Shown: positions 40,537 to 50,959 of the stretch, one piece after another | How the letters are laid out: every line of letters starts with the position of its first letter | Position numbering within the stretch: position 1 is the stretch's first letter | NCBI GenBank assembly: GCA_019244185.1 | Contig: JAFATB010000023.1 | Coordinates: 448,001-512,000 of the forward strand | Source: Acidobacteriota bacterium | GTDB taxonomy: Bacteria; Acidobacteriota; Thermoanaerobaculia; Gp7-AA8 | Reading direction: 5' to 3' | DNA: 64,000 nt | The notes under the pieces: model-generated | What the model saw: only the letters and a program-made list of their open reading frames with translations | Databases searched by the model: none | Told to the model about the DNA's origin: nothing | Program-made: the position numbers and the translations under genes

Positions 40537-43500
40537 TTACTCGAAGAAGAAGCGCGCCATGAAGGCGCGGAACTGCGACTTCGTGGTCGCGCCGATCACA
40601 CCGCTGTCGGCCTTCTCCCATTCCTCGCGCGTGAGCACTTTGATGGGATCGAGCTTCTTCGCGGCGAGGGTTTTGTTGACGGCGTCGACATCCTTCGCCG
40701 CCGCGTCGAACGCCGACTGCTTCTTCGCCAGCTCGGCCGCCAGCGCGTCGGCCTCGGCGAGCTGCGAGTCGGTCGGACGTCCGTCGAAGCTGTTCACGGC
40801 GCCGTAGACGGAGCCCATGCGCTCGCGGAGCTGTTCCTCGCCGGAGAGCCAGCCGCCCTCGCGCGTGGCGACGAGGGTCTTGTACTGCTCGTCGAGCTTG
40901 TTCGCGAAGTCGGTGAGCTTCTTCTTGTCGGCGCCGGAGAGCTTGGCCGCGCGCGCGTTGGCTTGATCGCGCAGCGTCTTCACGCGCTCGGTGAGGAACG
41001 TGAAGTCGGCCAGCATGTCGTACAGCCGGCGCACGCTCTTCTGCTGCAGCGCGCGGTCTTCGGCGCTGTACGTCGCGCGCGTGTCGGGCACGAGATCGAT
41101 CGTCGAGGTGTACGTCTCTTTCCCCTTGATCAGCTTCACCGTGTACTTGCCGGCGGGCGCGCGCGGACCGGTGAACGAGCCGCCGGAGAAGATGACCGAG
41201 CTGCCGGCCGGCATCTTCGGCGCCTTCAGGCGCATCGGCCATTCGACGTGATTGATGCCGCGCCGTTTGCCGGCGGGCAGCGTGGAGATGAGCTTGCCGT
41301 CGGCGTCGTAGATCTCGATCTTCGAGTCGCCGACGATGTGGCGCTTCTTGAAGTAGTACGCGATCGACGCGACGTCGCCGACGTCATCGGAGGAGAAGAC
41401 CGCGTCGCCTTCCGAGCGCGACTCGAATGCGGGGATCTTCAGCGCCGCGGCGCGGCTCGGCAGCATGACCACGTCTTTCGCGAGCGCGTCGGGCGTGAGC
41501 GCGCGGAGGGGCGTGATGTCGTCGATGACGTAGATGCCGCGGCCGTGCGTGGCGACGAGGAGATCGGCGTCGCGCGGATGGAGCTGGAGGTCGAACACCG
41601 GAACGGCGGGGAAGTTCTCGCGGAACTGCGCCCAGCTCGCGCCCGCGTCCAGCGAGATCCACAGCCCCGCCTCGGTGCCGAGGAACAGCAGGTTCGGGTT
41701 CACGAGATCTTCGCGGACGACCTGCGCGTAGCCTTTGACGTCGCCCGTCGCGAGCGGCTCCCACGTCTTGCCGCCGTCGCGCGTGCGGTAGACGTAGGTC
41801 TTCATGTCGCCGGTGCGGTGGCCGTCGAAGGTGACGTACGCGGTGTTCGCGTCGGCGTGCGAGGCGTCGACGCGCGAGACCCACGTCTTGGCCGGCACGC
41901 CCTTCACGTTCGCGACGACGTTCGTCCAAGACTTGCCGCCGTCGCGCGTGACCTGCACGTTGCCGTCGTCGGTGCCGACCCAGATCGTGTTCGGGTCCTT
42001 CATCGACTCGGAGATGGTGATGATGGTCGTGTAGTTCTCGGCCGACGAGTTGTCGATCGAGAGGCCGCCCGACTCGAGCTGCTTCTGGTGGCTCTGATCG
42101 TTCGTCGTGAGATCCGGCGAGATGCGCTCCCACGAGTCGCCGCGGTCGCGCGAGCGCATGAGGTACTGCGAGCCGAGGTAGACCACGCCCTTCTGCGTCG
42201 GGCTGGAGTAGATCGGCGTGTTCCAGTTGAAGCGCAGCTTCTGCTCGTCCTTGCGCGCGTACGGATAGATCTCTTTGTTCTCGCCGGTGGAGCGGCGGAC
42301 GCGCACGATGCGGCCGCCCTGCGACTCGACGTAGACGTAGTCGGGCTCGACGGAGTCGATGGCCACCGCGAAGCCGTCGCCGCCGCCGATGGGGCGCCAG
42401 TGGTGGTTGGTCACGCCGCCGGGATACTGCGACGGGCCGGTCCACGTGCCGTTGTCCTGCAGGCCGCCGTAGACGTGGTACGGCGTGTCGAGGTCGTAGG
42501 CCACGTGGTAGAACTGCGAGACCGGCAGCACCTCGAGATGGCGCCAGCGCTGCGCTTTGTCGCGCGACTGGTAGACGCCGCCGTCGGTGCCGACGAGGAT
42601 CTCGTTCGGATCGCTCGGATTGATCCAGAGCGCGTGCAGATCGGGATGCATGGCGTTGCCGAACGAGAGGATCGAGCCGGAGAACGTCTTGCCGCCGTCG
42701 TCGCTGAACGTGAGCGAGTATCCGGGCTTGTAGACGCGGTTGTGATCCTTCGGGTCGACGATGATGTTGGCGAAGTAGAACGGGCGCACCTGCACGTTGA
42801 ACGAGTCGTTCATCTCGCGCCAGTGCTCGCCGAGGTCGTCGGAGCGGAAGAGCGCGGTCTTCTTCGCCTCGACGACGGCGTAGACGGTGCTCGGCCGCGA
42901 CGGCGCCACCGCGACGGCGATGCGTCCGAGGTTGCCTTCCGGAAGTCCGGTCTTCAGCTTCTCCCACGTGTCGCCGCCGTCCTTCGAGCGGTAAAGACCG
43001 CTGCCCGGACCGCCGGAAGAAAAGAAGTCCGGCTGGCGGCGGAACTGCCACATGCCGGCGTAGAGGATGTTCGGATCGCCCGGATCGAGCGTGACGTCGG
43101 CGCAGCCGGTGTTGGTGTCGACGTAGAGCACTTTCTTCCACGTCTTGCCGCCGTCGGTGGTGCGGAAGAGGCCGCGCTCTTCGTTCGAGTTCCACGCGTG
43201 GCCGGTGGCGCAGACGTAGACGGTGTCGGATTTCTTCGGGTTCACGACGATGCGCGCGATGTGCTCGCTGTCGCCGAGGCCAACGTTCGTCCACGTCGCG
43301 CCGGCGTCGGTCGACTTGTAGACGCCGTCGCCGACGGAGACGCTGTTGCGCACCCACGACTCGCCGCTGCCGACCCAGACGGTCGACGGATTGGCGTCGT
43401 CGATGGCGATCGCGCCGATGGACTGGATGTGATCGTCGAAGACCGGTTTGAACGTCGTGCCGTCATCGGTCGACTTCCACACGCCGCCGCTCGCGGCGCC

Positions 43501-43695
43501 GATGTAGATCGTCGACGGCGAGCCGGCCGTGCCGTCGATCGCGGCGATGCGGCCGCCCATGACCGCGGGGCCGATCGCGCGCGCGCGAAAGCCGCCGAAG
43601 GTCGACGAGTCGAGTTTGACCGGCTCGTCGCCGAAGAGCGGTGTTGAGAGAGGCAGCAAACCAGCGAGGCACAACGCAACTACGCTTTTCTTCAC
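40537..43695 (-). CDS. Secreted VPS10/BNR-repeat beta-propeller (glycosyl hydrolase-like) protein
   Basis: Many SxDGGxTW Asp-box repeats; RAIGPAVMGGR, GGLQDNG, ATHGRG motifs. Confidence 0.9.
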   Translation of the reverse strand: MKKSVVALCLAGLLPLSTPLFGDEPVKLDSSTFGGFRARAIGPAVMGGRIAAIDGTAGSPSTIYIGAASGGVWKSTDDGTTFKPVFDDHIQSIGAIAIDDANPSTVWVGSGESWVRNSVSVGDGVYKSTDAGATWTNVGLGDSEHIARIVVNPKKSDTVYVCATGHAWNSNEERGLFRTTDGGKTWKKVLYVDTNTGCADVTLDPGDPNILYAGMWQFRRQPDFFSSGGPGSGLYRSKDGGDTWEKLKTGLPEGNLGRIAVAVAPSRPSTVYAVVEAKKTALFRSDDLGEHWREMNDSFNVQVRPFYFANIIVDPKDHNRVYKPGYSLTFSDDGGKTFSGSILSFGNAMHPDLHALWINPSDPNEILVGTDGGVYQSRDKAQRWRHLEVLPVSQFYHVAYDLDTPYHVYGGLQDNGTWTGPSQYPGGVTNHHWRPIGGGDGFAVAIDSVEPDYVYVESQGGRIVRVRRSTGENKEIYPYARKDEQKLRFNWNTPIYSSPTQKGVVYLGSQYLMRSRDRGDSWERISPDLTTNDQSHQKQLESGGLSIDNSSAENYTTIITISESMKDPNTIWVGTDDGNVQVTRDGGKSWTNVVANVKGVPAKTWVSRVDASHADANTAYVTFDGHRTGDMKTYVYRTRDGGKTWEPLATGDVKGYAQVVREDLVNPNLLFLGTEAGLWISLDAGASWAQFRENFPAVPVFDLQLHPRDADLLVATHGRGIYVIDDITPLRALTPDALAKDVVMLPSRAAALKIPAFESRSEGDAVFSSDDVGDVASIAYYFKKRHIVGDSKIEIYDADGKLISTLPAGKRRGINHVEWPMRLKAPKMPAGSSVIFSGGSFTGPRAPAGKYTVKLIKGKETYTSTIDLVPDTRATYSAEDRALQQKSVRRLYDMLADFTFLTERVKTLRDQANARAAKLSGADKKKLTDFANKLDEQYKTLVATREGGWLSGEEQLRERMGSVYGAVNSFDGRPTDSQLAEADALAAELAKKQSAFDAAAKDVDAVNKTLAAKKLDPIKVLTREEWEKADSGVIGATTKSQFRAFMARFFFE

Positions 43696-43704
43696 CCGTT
43701 CTCC

Positions 43705-44463
43705 TTATTGCGGTTTGGCCGCCGGCGCTTCCGCCGTCTTCGCCGGGATCGCGAACAGCGCGTCGGCGACGACGGGGTTCACCTCGACCTTCGTGATGTT
43801 GATGCGCTGGCCGCCCGGCTGTCCCGCGCGTTTGACTTCGAGCGAGTAGGCGAACAGCACTCCGTTGACTTCCTGATAGTTGCCGATCGAGGTCTGCGTC
43901 TCGACGTCCTCGCCGTGCATGTGGCGCCGCGAGTCGGCGCGCACTTCGAGAAACGAGTCGGCGTCGATGTAAAGCGTGCGATCGACGGTGCCTTCTTTCG
44001 AGACGTGCAGCTTGTAGGCGGGCGTGCCTTCGATCTCGCTCTTGCCGAGGAGCTCGAGCTTGTAGCCCTTCTTCGCGGCGTCGACGATCGCGCCGTCGAA
44101 GTCCGCTTCTTCGCGGATCTGATCGAGCAGTTCGCCCGACAGCACTTCCGGATCCTTCTTGCCCATGAACGGCATCACCGCCCAGCCGGTCGTGCCGTCG
44201 TACGCGCGCGAGCCGGTCATGCCTTGCAGCGTGAAGTCGATGCGCACTTTCTCGGGGCGCTTCTTGGTGATCGTGAGCGGGACGTCGGAGCCGTGCATCG
44301 ACATCGTGCCGGTGAGGCGGAGCGTCTGCACGGCGTGCAGTTTTTCGAGACCGCCGCGCGCGGCGGCGTTGCGGGCGAGGATGTCGTCGAGCGTGAGCTC
44401 CGCCGCGGACGACGTGACTGCGATGGACAGAGCAACAGCGAGGACGATGAGATTGCGTTTCAT
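43705..44463 (-). CDS. Secreted LolA-like / lipoprotein-sorting family protein, paralog B
   Basis: Signal peptide; LDDILARNAAARGG, YDGTTGW, GNYQEVNGVLF. Confidence 0.8.
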   Translation of the reverse strand: MKRNLIVLAVALSIAVTSSAAELTLDDILARNAAARGGLEKLHAVQTLRLTGTMSMHGSDVPLTITKKRPEKVRIDFTLQGMTGSRAYDGTTGWAVMPFMGKKDPEVLSGELLDQIREEADFDGAIVDAAKKGYKLELLGKSEIEGTPAYKLHVSKEGTVDRTLYIDADSFLEVRADSRRHMHGEDVETQTSIGNYQEVNGVLFAYSLEVKRAGQPGGQRINITKVEVNPVVADALFAIPAKTAEAPAAKPQ

Positions 44464-44526
44464 CGGAATTCTCCTTCGGCGTTCATGAGGTCGAGAGCAG
44501 AACGCGCGAAGGCGGGGAAAGTTGCA

Positions 44527-44561
44527 GCGGCGCCGCGAATCACACCACTTCGCGGCGCCGC
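44527..44561. other. 13-bp intergenic hairpin between the LolA-like paralogs
   Basis: gcggcgccgcgaa-N9-ttcgcggcgccgc. Confidence 0.6.
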
Positions 44562-44574
44562 CGCGGTTCGAATG

Positions 44575-45333
44575 CTACTGCTGCGGCTTCGCGGCCGGCG
44601 CCTCGGCCTTCTTCGGCATCTTGAAGAGGTCGTCGGCCATCACCGGGTTCACCTCGATCTTCTCGACCGTGATGACCTGCGAGCCCGGCTGCCCCTTCGC
44701 CTTCGACTCCATCGAGTACGGGAAGAGCATGCCGTTGACTTCCTGGTAGTTGCCGAGCGTGGTCTCGGTCTCGACGTCCTGTCCCTGCATCTTCCGCTTG
44801 CCTTCCATGCGGATCTCGAGGAACGAGTCGGCGTCGAGGTAGACGAGGGTCTCGTCGCCGTCCTTGGTCACCTTCAGTTTGTAGGCGGGCGAGCCTTCGA
44901 TCTCGGTCTTGCCGAGGAGCTCGACCTTGTAGCCCTTCTTCGCGGAGTCGATGAACGGGCCGTCGAAGTCGGCCTGCTCCTTGGCGTCCTTGAGCATGTC
45001 GCCGGAGAGAGGCTCGGCGTCCTTCTTGCCCATGAACGGCATGAGCATCCAGCCGGTCGAACCGTCGTAGGCCTGCGAGCCGGTCATGCCCTGGATGGTG
45101 AAGTCGACGCGCATGTTCTCGGGGCGCTTCTTCGACATCGTGAACGGCGCTTCCATGCCGCCCATGTTCATCTTGCCGCTGTACTTGATCGACTGGACGG
45201 CTTTGATCTTCTCGAGGCCGCCGCGGGCGGCGACGTTCTTGGCGATGATTTCATCGAGGGTCAGCTCCGCCGCGGACGCGGTGACCGCGAGGCACAGAGC
45301 TGCCGCGAGAGACAAAATGAGACGTTGACGCAT
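44575..45333 (-). CDS. Secreted LolA-like / lipoprotein-sorting family protein, paralog A
   Basis: Clearly homologous to 43705-44463; start at MRQRLIL. Confidence 0.82.
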   Translation of the reverse strand: MRQRLILSLAAALCLAVTASAAELTLDEIIAKNVAARGGLEKIKAVQSIKYSGKMNMGGMEAPFTMSKKRPENMRVDFTIQGMTGSQAYDGSTGWMLMPFMGKKDAEPLSGDMLKDAKEQADFDGPFIDSAKKGYKVELLGKTEIEGSPAYKLKVTKDGDETLVYLDADSFLEIRMEGKRKMQGQDVETETTLGNYQEVNGMLFPYSMESKAKGQPGSQVITVEKIEVNPVMADDLFKMPKKAEAPAAKPQQ

Positions 45334-45435
45334 TGAGGTTCTCCTTCTTTGGACACACGTTGGACGCACTGACTCCGTGCATTGTACGAGAGCGCCCGCG
45401 GAAGGTTGTGGCGAAAGGTCGAAAAAGGCGCGCGC

Positions 45436-46743
45436 TCAGCGGGGCGTGACGCGCCAGATCGTGTTGCCGACGTCGTCGGCCACGAGCAGCGCGCCCGCGC
45501 GGTCGAAGACGACGCCGACGGGACGGCCGCGCGCTTCTTCCTTCTCGTCGACGAAGCCGGAGAGCACGTCTTCCGCCGCTCCGGAAGGATGGCCGTCCGT
45601 AAACGGCACGAAGAGCACTTTGTAGCCGCTCAGCGGCCGGCGGTTCCACGAGCCGTGCTGGCCGACGAACGCGCCGCCGGCGTAGTGCGCGGGGAAGAGC
45701 GTGCCCTCGTCGAACGCGAGCCCGAGCGAGGCGGTGTGCGGTCCGACCGCGTAGTCGGGCACGAGCGCGCTGGCGACGAGGTCGGGCCGCTGCGGCGTGA
45801 CGCGCGCGTCGACGTGCTGGCCGAAGTAGCTGTACGGCCAGCCGTAGAAGCCGCCGTCTTTGACGGAGGTGATGTAGTCGGGCACGAGGTCGCTGCCGAT
45901 CTCGTCGCGCTCGTTGACGGCCGCCCACAGCGCGCCGGTGCGCGGCTCCCACGCTAGGCCGTTCGCGTTGCGCAGGCCGGAGGCGAAGATCCGCGAGCGG
46001 CCGCTGGCGAGATCGATCTCGAAGATGTCCGCGCGATTCGTCTCGACGGCCATCCCGTGCTCGGCGGCGTTGCTGTTCGAGCCGATGGTCGCGTAGAGCT
46101 TCGCGCCGTCGCGGCTGGCGAGGATGTTTTTCGTCCAGTGATGGTTGCGCGTGCCGGCCGGAAGATCGGCGACTTTCATCGGCGTCGCGGAGATCTGCGT
46201 CGCGCCGTCGGCGTACGGGAAGCGAACCACGGCGTCGGTGTTCGCGACGTAGAGGTCGTGGCCGACGAGCGCCATGCCGAACGGCGAGTTGAGGCCCTGC
46301 AGGAAGACGGTGCGCGTTTCGGCGACGCCGTCGCGATCGGCGTCGCGCAGGAGGGTGATGCGGTTCGCGCTCGGCGTCGCGGAGCCGGCGTGGCGCATGA
46401 AGAAGGCCATGAACTTCGCCTTGATGCCCTTCTGTTCGTCCGGACGCGGCGGCGCGTTCGTCTCGGCGACGAGCACGTCGCCGTTCGGCAGCACGTACAG
46501 CCAGCGCGGGTGATCGAGGCCGGTGGCGAACGCGTTCACGGTCAGTCCCGCCGCGGGCGTCGGCATCACGCCCGCCGGCCACCCTTTCGCCGGCGCGATC
46601 TTGACGGTCGGGATGAGCTGCGGATGCGGCGCGGGCAGTTCGGGACTCGGTCCCATGCCCGCCTGTACGGGCAGCCGCGCGGATTCGCTGCAGGCGGCGA
46701 GGCCGAGCACGACGATGAGCGAGAGAGCGAGTTTGCCGCGCAT
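45436..46743 (-). CDS. PQQ-dependent sorbosone/glucose dehydrogenase family lipoprotein
   Basis: LAAC lipobox; [43 protein letters not shown]. Confidence 0.92.
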   Translation of the reverse strand: MRGKLALSLIVVLGLAACSESARLPVQAGMGPSPELPAPHPQLIPTVKIAPAKGWPAGVMPTPAAGLTVNAFATGLDHPRWLYVLPNGDVLVAETNAPPRPDEQKGIKAKFMAFFMRHAGSATPSANRITLLRDADRDGVAETRTVFLQGLNSPFGMALVGHDLYVANTDAVVRFPYADGATQISATPMKVADLPAGTRNHHWTKNILASRDGAKLYATIGSNSNAAEHGMAVETNRADIFEIDLASGRSRIFASGLRNANGLAWEPRTGALWAAVNERDEIGSDLVPDYITSVKDGGFYGWPYSYFGQHVDARVTPQRPDLVASALVPDYAVGPHTASLGLAFDEGTLFPAHYAGGAFVGQHGSWNRRPLSGYKVLFVPFTDGHPSGAAEDVLSGFVDEKEEARGRPVGVVFDRAGALLVADDVGNTIWRVTPR

Positions 46744-46789
46744 GGAGAAGCGCGCAGCAAGAGGTGAGCCTGCGAGCTGAATCAGCCAG

Positions 46790-48442
46790 CTACGCCGTCA
46801 TCGCCGGCAGCATCGTGAGGAACCGCTCGATGAGCGCGGCGTCGAACTGCGTGCCCGCGCCTTCGCGCAGCTTCACGGCGGCGCGCTCGCGCGCGATGGG
46901 CGGCTGATACGAGCGCTCGGAGGTCATCGCGATCCACGCGTCGGCGATCTGCAGGATGCGCGAGGCGAGCGGGATCTGCGAGCCGCTCATGCGGCTGGGA
47001 TAGCCCTTGCCGTCGACGCGCTCGTGATGGCGGAGCACGGCCTGCGCGACGTCGCTGCCGAGGATCGGCTCGACGAGCGCGGCGCCGACGACGGGGTGCT
47101 CCGCGAGGCCGCGCAGTTCATCGCTCGTCAGCGCGGGGCGTTTGTACAGACGCTCGTAATCGAGGAGGCGCAGCCCCGCGTCGTGCACGAGCGCGGCGAT
47201 GCGCACGGTCTCGATCTGCGTCGCGGGCAGTCCCAATGCTTTGGCAAAGCGCCGCGAGAGCTCGGAGACCGAGCGGCAATGTTCGGCGAGCTCGGGGAAC
47301 TTCTGGAAGTCGGGCTCGAGAATGCGCTCGGCGAGGAGCTGGCGGTCCTGCCGTCCCGACGCGGCTACGAACGCGGCCTCGATGAACGGCTCGATCGACT
47401 TGACGAAGAGCTGCACGCCGCGCTGCGCCTGCACTTCCGTGATGCGGTCGAACGCGACGGTGACGAGCAGGCCGTCGATGGTCTGCGCGTTGAGCGGCGC
47501 GGTGACGATCGCGCCGACGTTGGCCATCGTGATCGGCACGCTCTGCGTTCCGAACGGCATCGACGGCTCGATGCGCGTCGTCGCGTGCGGCTGGTTCGCG
47601 CGTTTGAGGCCTGCCTGCAGATGCTGCTCGATCGCGGTCATGGCGTCGTCGGCGACGCCCGAGCGCGCGGCGACGGCCTGCGGGTTCTGCAGCTGGCCCA
47701 TGACGCTCACGCACGCGACGACCGCGTACGGGATGCCGAGGGCCGACGGCAGCAGCAGGCGCAGCACGTCGAGGTCCGACTCGACGATCGTGCGCTTGCC
47801 GCTCGGCGGCGCGACGAGCTGCCGCTTCGAGAGGTACTGCCGCGCCGCCTCGATCGCGCGCAGCGCTTCCGGCGAGAACACCTGTCCCGCTTGCGCGGGT
47901 CGCGGCGCCGCGGGCTCCGGTGTCGGGCGCACGATGTTGGCCGGATCGAGCGGGCGCGTCGGGTCTTCGACGAGCGCGATCGAGCCGAGGCCGAACAGCT
48001 TGTTCGTGGCGAGCACGGCCAGCATCTGATCGCTGATCCTCCTCGCCGCCTCGACGTCGGGGACATCGAACGGCTTCTTGCCCGCTTTGTCGCGCATGTC
48101 GATGAAGCCGACCATGCGGCCGCGCCCGAAGAGCGGGGCCACGAGCAGGCGGTCGTTCCCCTGGCGGAAGAGCATCTCCGCGAAGCGCTGATCGGCGCTG
48201 AGACCGTTGACGTAGAAGGGGTTGCGCTTGACGGCCATGCGGTCGACGAGATCGTCGTTCGCGCTCACCACGCGCCGGTCGGCGACGTTGTACTGGTAGC
48301 TCGTCACGATCTCGAACGTCTTCGCGTTGAGGTCGTGCGTCGACGACAGATACAGCGCGGCCTTCGTTGCCTGCACGTGCTCGACGCAGCCGTAGAGAAT
48401 CTGCTTCAGCTGCGCCTCGATCGACTTCACTTCCGGGAGCAT
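46790..48442 (-). CDS. GAF + HD-GYP domain protein (putative cyclic-dinucleotide phosphodiesterase)
   Basis: N-terminal GAF-like region; [31 protein letters not shown]. Confidence 0.88.
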   Translation of the reverse strand: MLPEVKSIEAQLKQILYGCVEHVQATKAALYLSSTHDLNAKTFEIVTSYQYNVADRRVVSANDDLVDRMAVKRNPFYVNGLSADQRFAEMLFRQGNDRLLVAPLFGRGRMVGFIDMRDKAGKKPFDVPDVEAARRISDQMLAVLATNKLFGLGSIALVEDPTRPLDPANIVRPTPEPAAPRPAQAGQVFSPEALRAIEAARQYLSKRQLVAPPSGKRTIVESDLDVLRLLLPSALGIPYAVVACVSVMGQLQNPQAVAARSGVADDAMTAIEQHLQAGLKRANQPHATTRIEPSMPFGTQSVPITMANVGAIVTAPLNAQTIDGLLVTVAFDRITEVQAQRGVQLFVKSIEPFIEAAFVAASGRQDRQLLAERILEPDFQKFPELAEHCRSVSELSRRFAKALGLPATQIETVRIAALVHDAGLRLLDYERLYKRPALTSDELRGLAEHPVVGAALVEPILGSDVAQAVLRHHERVDGKGYPSRMSGSQIPLASRILQIADAWIAMTSERSYQPPIARERAAVKLREGAGTQFDAALIERFLTMLPAMTA

Positions 48443-48457
48443 GGTGGACGGGACAGA

Positions 48458-48925
48458 TTACTCGAATTCGAAGCGCACGCGCAGCCGTGCATGGCCGAGA
48501 CACGCGCCGGCCACCGCACCGATCGTGTTCCAGATGACGTCGTTGATGTCCGCCACGCGCGAAGGGAGGAAGTATTGCCATCCTTCGATCGCGAGAGAAA
48601 GGGAAAAACCGATGAGAATCGTGAGGATGTACGTCTGCATCGTCGGCCTCTCCACGCTGTAGAGCAGGATGAACAGAAAGAAGCCGAACGGGAGAAACAG
48701 CAGGACGTTGGCGATGATCGGCACGACCAGCACGGCCAGGATGTGCGTCGAGATCGGCCGGGCTTCGACGCGATGGATGAGAAACCGCACGTCGTCGAAG
48801 GGAATCGGGTCGAGGTTCGCGTAGCTCTTGCCCGACATCCATACGGTCACCGTCGCGATGACCACGATCGTCGCGAGCAGCAGCAGGACGGTGACGGGAC
48901 GGCGGATGACGACTTGCGCGGGCAT
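48458..48925 (-). CDS. VanZ family membrane protein
   Basis: NLDPIPF, NVLLFLPFG, IEGWQYFLPSRVADINDVIWNTIG. Confidence 0.85.
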   Translation of the reverse strand: MPAQVVIRRPVTVLLLLATIVVIATVTVWMSGKSYANLDPIPFDDVRFLIHRVEARPISTHILAVLVVPIIANVLLFLPFGFFLFILLYSVERPTMQTYILTILIGFSLSLAIEGWQYFLPSRVADINDVIWNTIGAVAGACLGHARLRVRFEFE

Positions 48926-48967
48926 AGAAGCCGGACGGAACTCGCCCGCTGTTTTACCATGCTCCTC

Positions 48968-49627
48968 ATGAACCTCGGCGAACGCGTGCGCATCCGCAGA
49001 GTGGACGCCGGCCTCACGCAGGCGCGCCTCGCGCGCATCGCCGGCGTGAGCCGCCGCCATCTCGCCGCGCTGGAGAAAGGCGCGAACGTTTCCCTCCTGG
49101 TGCTGAAGCGCGTCTCCGACGTCCTCGACGTTTCGCCCGCGACGTTCTTCGCGAGCGACGCGCCGCGCGCGGCGTTCACGCCGCGCTATGCGTCCGTATT
49201 TTTGAGCTACGGCGGTCCCGACGAGGCGGTCGCGCGACGCATCTACGAGGAGCTGACGTTCGCCGGCGTGCGTTGCTTCTTCTTTCCGGTGAGCGCGATT
49301 CCCGGCATCCGCCTCCACCGCACGATGTCCGAGGCCATTCGCCAGTTCGATCGCGTGGTGCTGCTTTGCTCGGAGGCGGGGCTGCAACGTCCGGGCGTCG
49401 CGAACGAGCTCGAACAGGTGCTCGCGCGCGAGGCCGAAGAAGGCGGCGCGGAGCTGATCATTCCGGTGGCGCTCGACGACGTGCTCTTCCCCGCCACCGC
49501 CGCGCGGCATCACGTGCTGGCGCAGATCCGCCAGCGCGTCATTGCCGACTTTCGCAATGCGCTGAGCGACGACGAGGCGTGGCGGCGCGGAATCGATCTG
49601 CTTCTCAAGTCGCTGCGGGAGCGGTGA
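48968..49627 (+). CDS. XRE-family HTH fused to a TIR domain
   Basis: LGERVRIRR...LTQARLARIAGVSRRHLAALEKG; VFLSY, AIRQFDRVVLLCS, VANEL, IIPVALDD. Alternative start ATG 48959. Confidence 0.85.
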   Translation: MNLGERVRIRRVDAGLTQARLARIAGVSRRHLAALEKGANVSLLVLKRVSDVLDVSPATFFASDAPRAAFTPRYASVFLSYGGPDEAVARRIYEELTFAGVRCFFFPVSAIPGIRLHRTMSEAIRQFDRVVLLCSEAGLQRPGVANELEQVLAREAEEGGAELIIPVALDDVLFPATAARHHVLAQIRQRVIADFRNALSDDEAWRRGIDLLLKSLRER

Positions 49628-49654
49628 CGGCGTGCCCGAGGAAACCGCTGCGCG

Positions 49655-49931
49655 CTACCGCAGCGTGATGGCGTGGCAGACCGTGCACAGCATGGCCGTC
49701 CGAGTCTTGCCGGCGCGCACGAGCGTCCTTCGTTCGCCATGCGGCGGCGCGAACACCAGCCGGCGTACGGACTGCTTCCAGCTCACGAGCGCCCGCCAGC
49801 CGCTGCGCTGCACGCGCACGACGCCGAGGATCACCTCGGCCGCGCAGAGGGGCCTCGGCCCAGTTCGCCCGCAGCTCCGAGAAACCGGCGTTCAGTTCGC
49901 TGCCGCAGAACGGGCACGGCCGCGTCGCCAC
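49655..49931 (-). pseudogene. Frameshifted small CxxC...CxxC (zinc-ribbon-like) gene
   Basis: GTG overlaps the tonB stop; CPFCGSEL in one frame; LCAAEVILG...AMLCTVCHAITLR* in the +1 frame after about 49852. Confidence 0.5.
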
Positions 49932-50899
49932 TACGACTGCGGCACCTGCATGTTGTAGTAGAACGTCGCGGTCACGCGCTCGCTCGGCTTCGGGAACTCC
50001 TTCGGGAGCGCGTTGAGCGGGGAGGAGAGCTCGATCGCTTTCTTCGCGGCGTAGTCGTACGGCGGAATCCCGGACGGCCGCACGATCGTGACGTCGGTGA
50101 TGCGGCCGTCGCGCTGGATCGTGAAGCGGATCGAGACGAAGCCCTGCATGCCCGTCTTGAGGATCGGCGGCATGTTGCCGTACCAGTTCACGCGGATGCG
50201 GCTCACCATCGACTGCGCGTAGTCGCCCCAGTCGAACCACGACGTCTCGAACGAGATCGGTCCTTCTTTCGCGAAGCCTTTCTCGCCGCCGAGCTCCGGC
50301 GCGTCGACGCCGTCGCCGCGCGCGCCGCCGGGCGCGATCACTTTGCTCACCTCGCGAATCGCGGTCTTCCAGTCGACGGGCCCGGCCGGCGCGGCCGCGG
50401 CAGCTTTGGTCGGATCCTCGCGATACGTGAGGCCGTCGGGAAGCGGCTGCTGCTGCGCCTGCGGCGCGCTCTGCGTCGGCGGCGCGAGGTTCGGCGACGC
50501 GCTGCGCGGCTGCATGGCCGCGCGCGGGGTAGGAGCGCTCGTCCGCTGCTGCATCGGCGGTGAATAGACGCCGCCGTTCTCGCCGGGCCGCATCGTGGGA
50601 CGATCGCCGGTCGGATGCGGCATGCTCGCCTCGCGGTTCGCGTCGGACGGCGGCGCCTGCAGCGGCTTGCGGTCGATCTGGTGTCCCGGCGCCTCGGTGA
50701 ACTGCTGCGGGTTCTGCTTGATCAGCTCGACGTAGCGCGCGATCGGCACTTCCGCGGCGCGCGGCGCAACGCGCGTCGAACGGATGAACCAGACCACCAG
50801 CAGCGAGTGGACGATCATCGAAACGACGACGGCGATGCTGAGGCCTTTGCCGGTCTTCGGCTCCTCTTCCACAGCAACGAGATCGATCGGGTCGTCCAA
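49931..50899 (-). CDS. TonB/TolA family energy transducer
   Basis: N-terminal TM with SxxxH (SMIVH), Pro-rich linker, C-domain FTIQRDGRI...SGIPPYDYAA. Confidence 0.85.
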   Translation of the reverse strand: MDDPIDLVAVEEEPKTGKGLSIAVVVSMIVHSLLVVWFIRSTRVAPRAAEVPIARYVELIKQNPQQFTEAPGHQIDRKPLQAPPSDANREASMPHPTGDRPTMRPGENGGVYSPPMQQRTSAPTPRAAMQPRSASPNLAPPTQSAPQAQQQPLPDGLTYREDPTKAAAAAPAGPVDWKTAIREVSKVIAPGGARGDGVDAPELGGEKGFAKEGPISFETSWFDWGDYAQSMVSRIRVNWYGNMPPILKTGMQGFVSIRFTIQRDGRITDVTIVRPSGIPPYDYAAKKAIELSSPLNALPKEFPKPSERVTATFYYNMQVPQS

Positions 50900-50959
50900 G
50901 GTTCGCTACAACATTGACGGACCACGTTTCTTCCAAGTTACGAGGTGTACACTCCGGCC

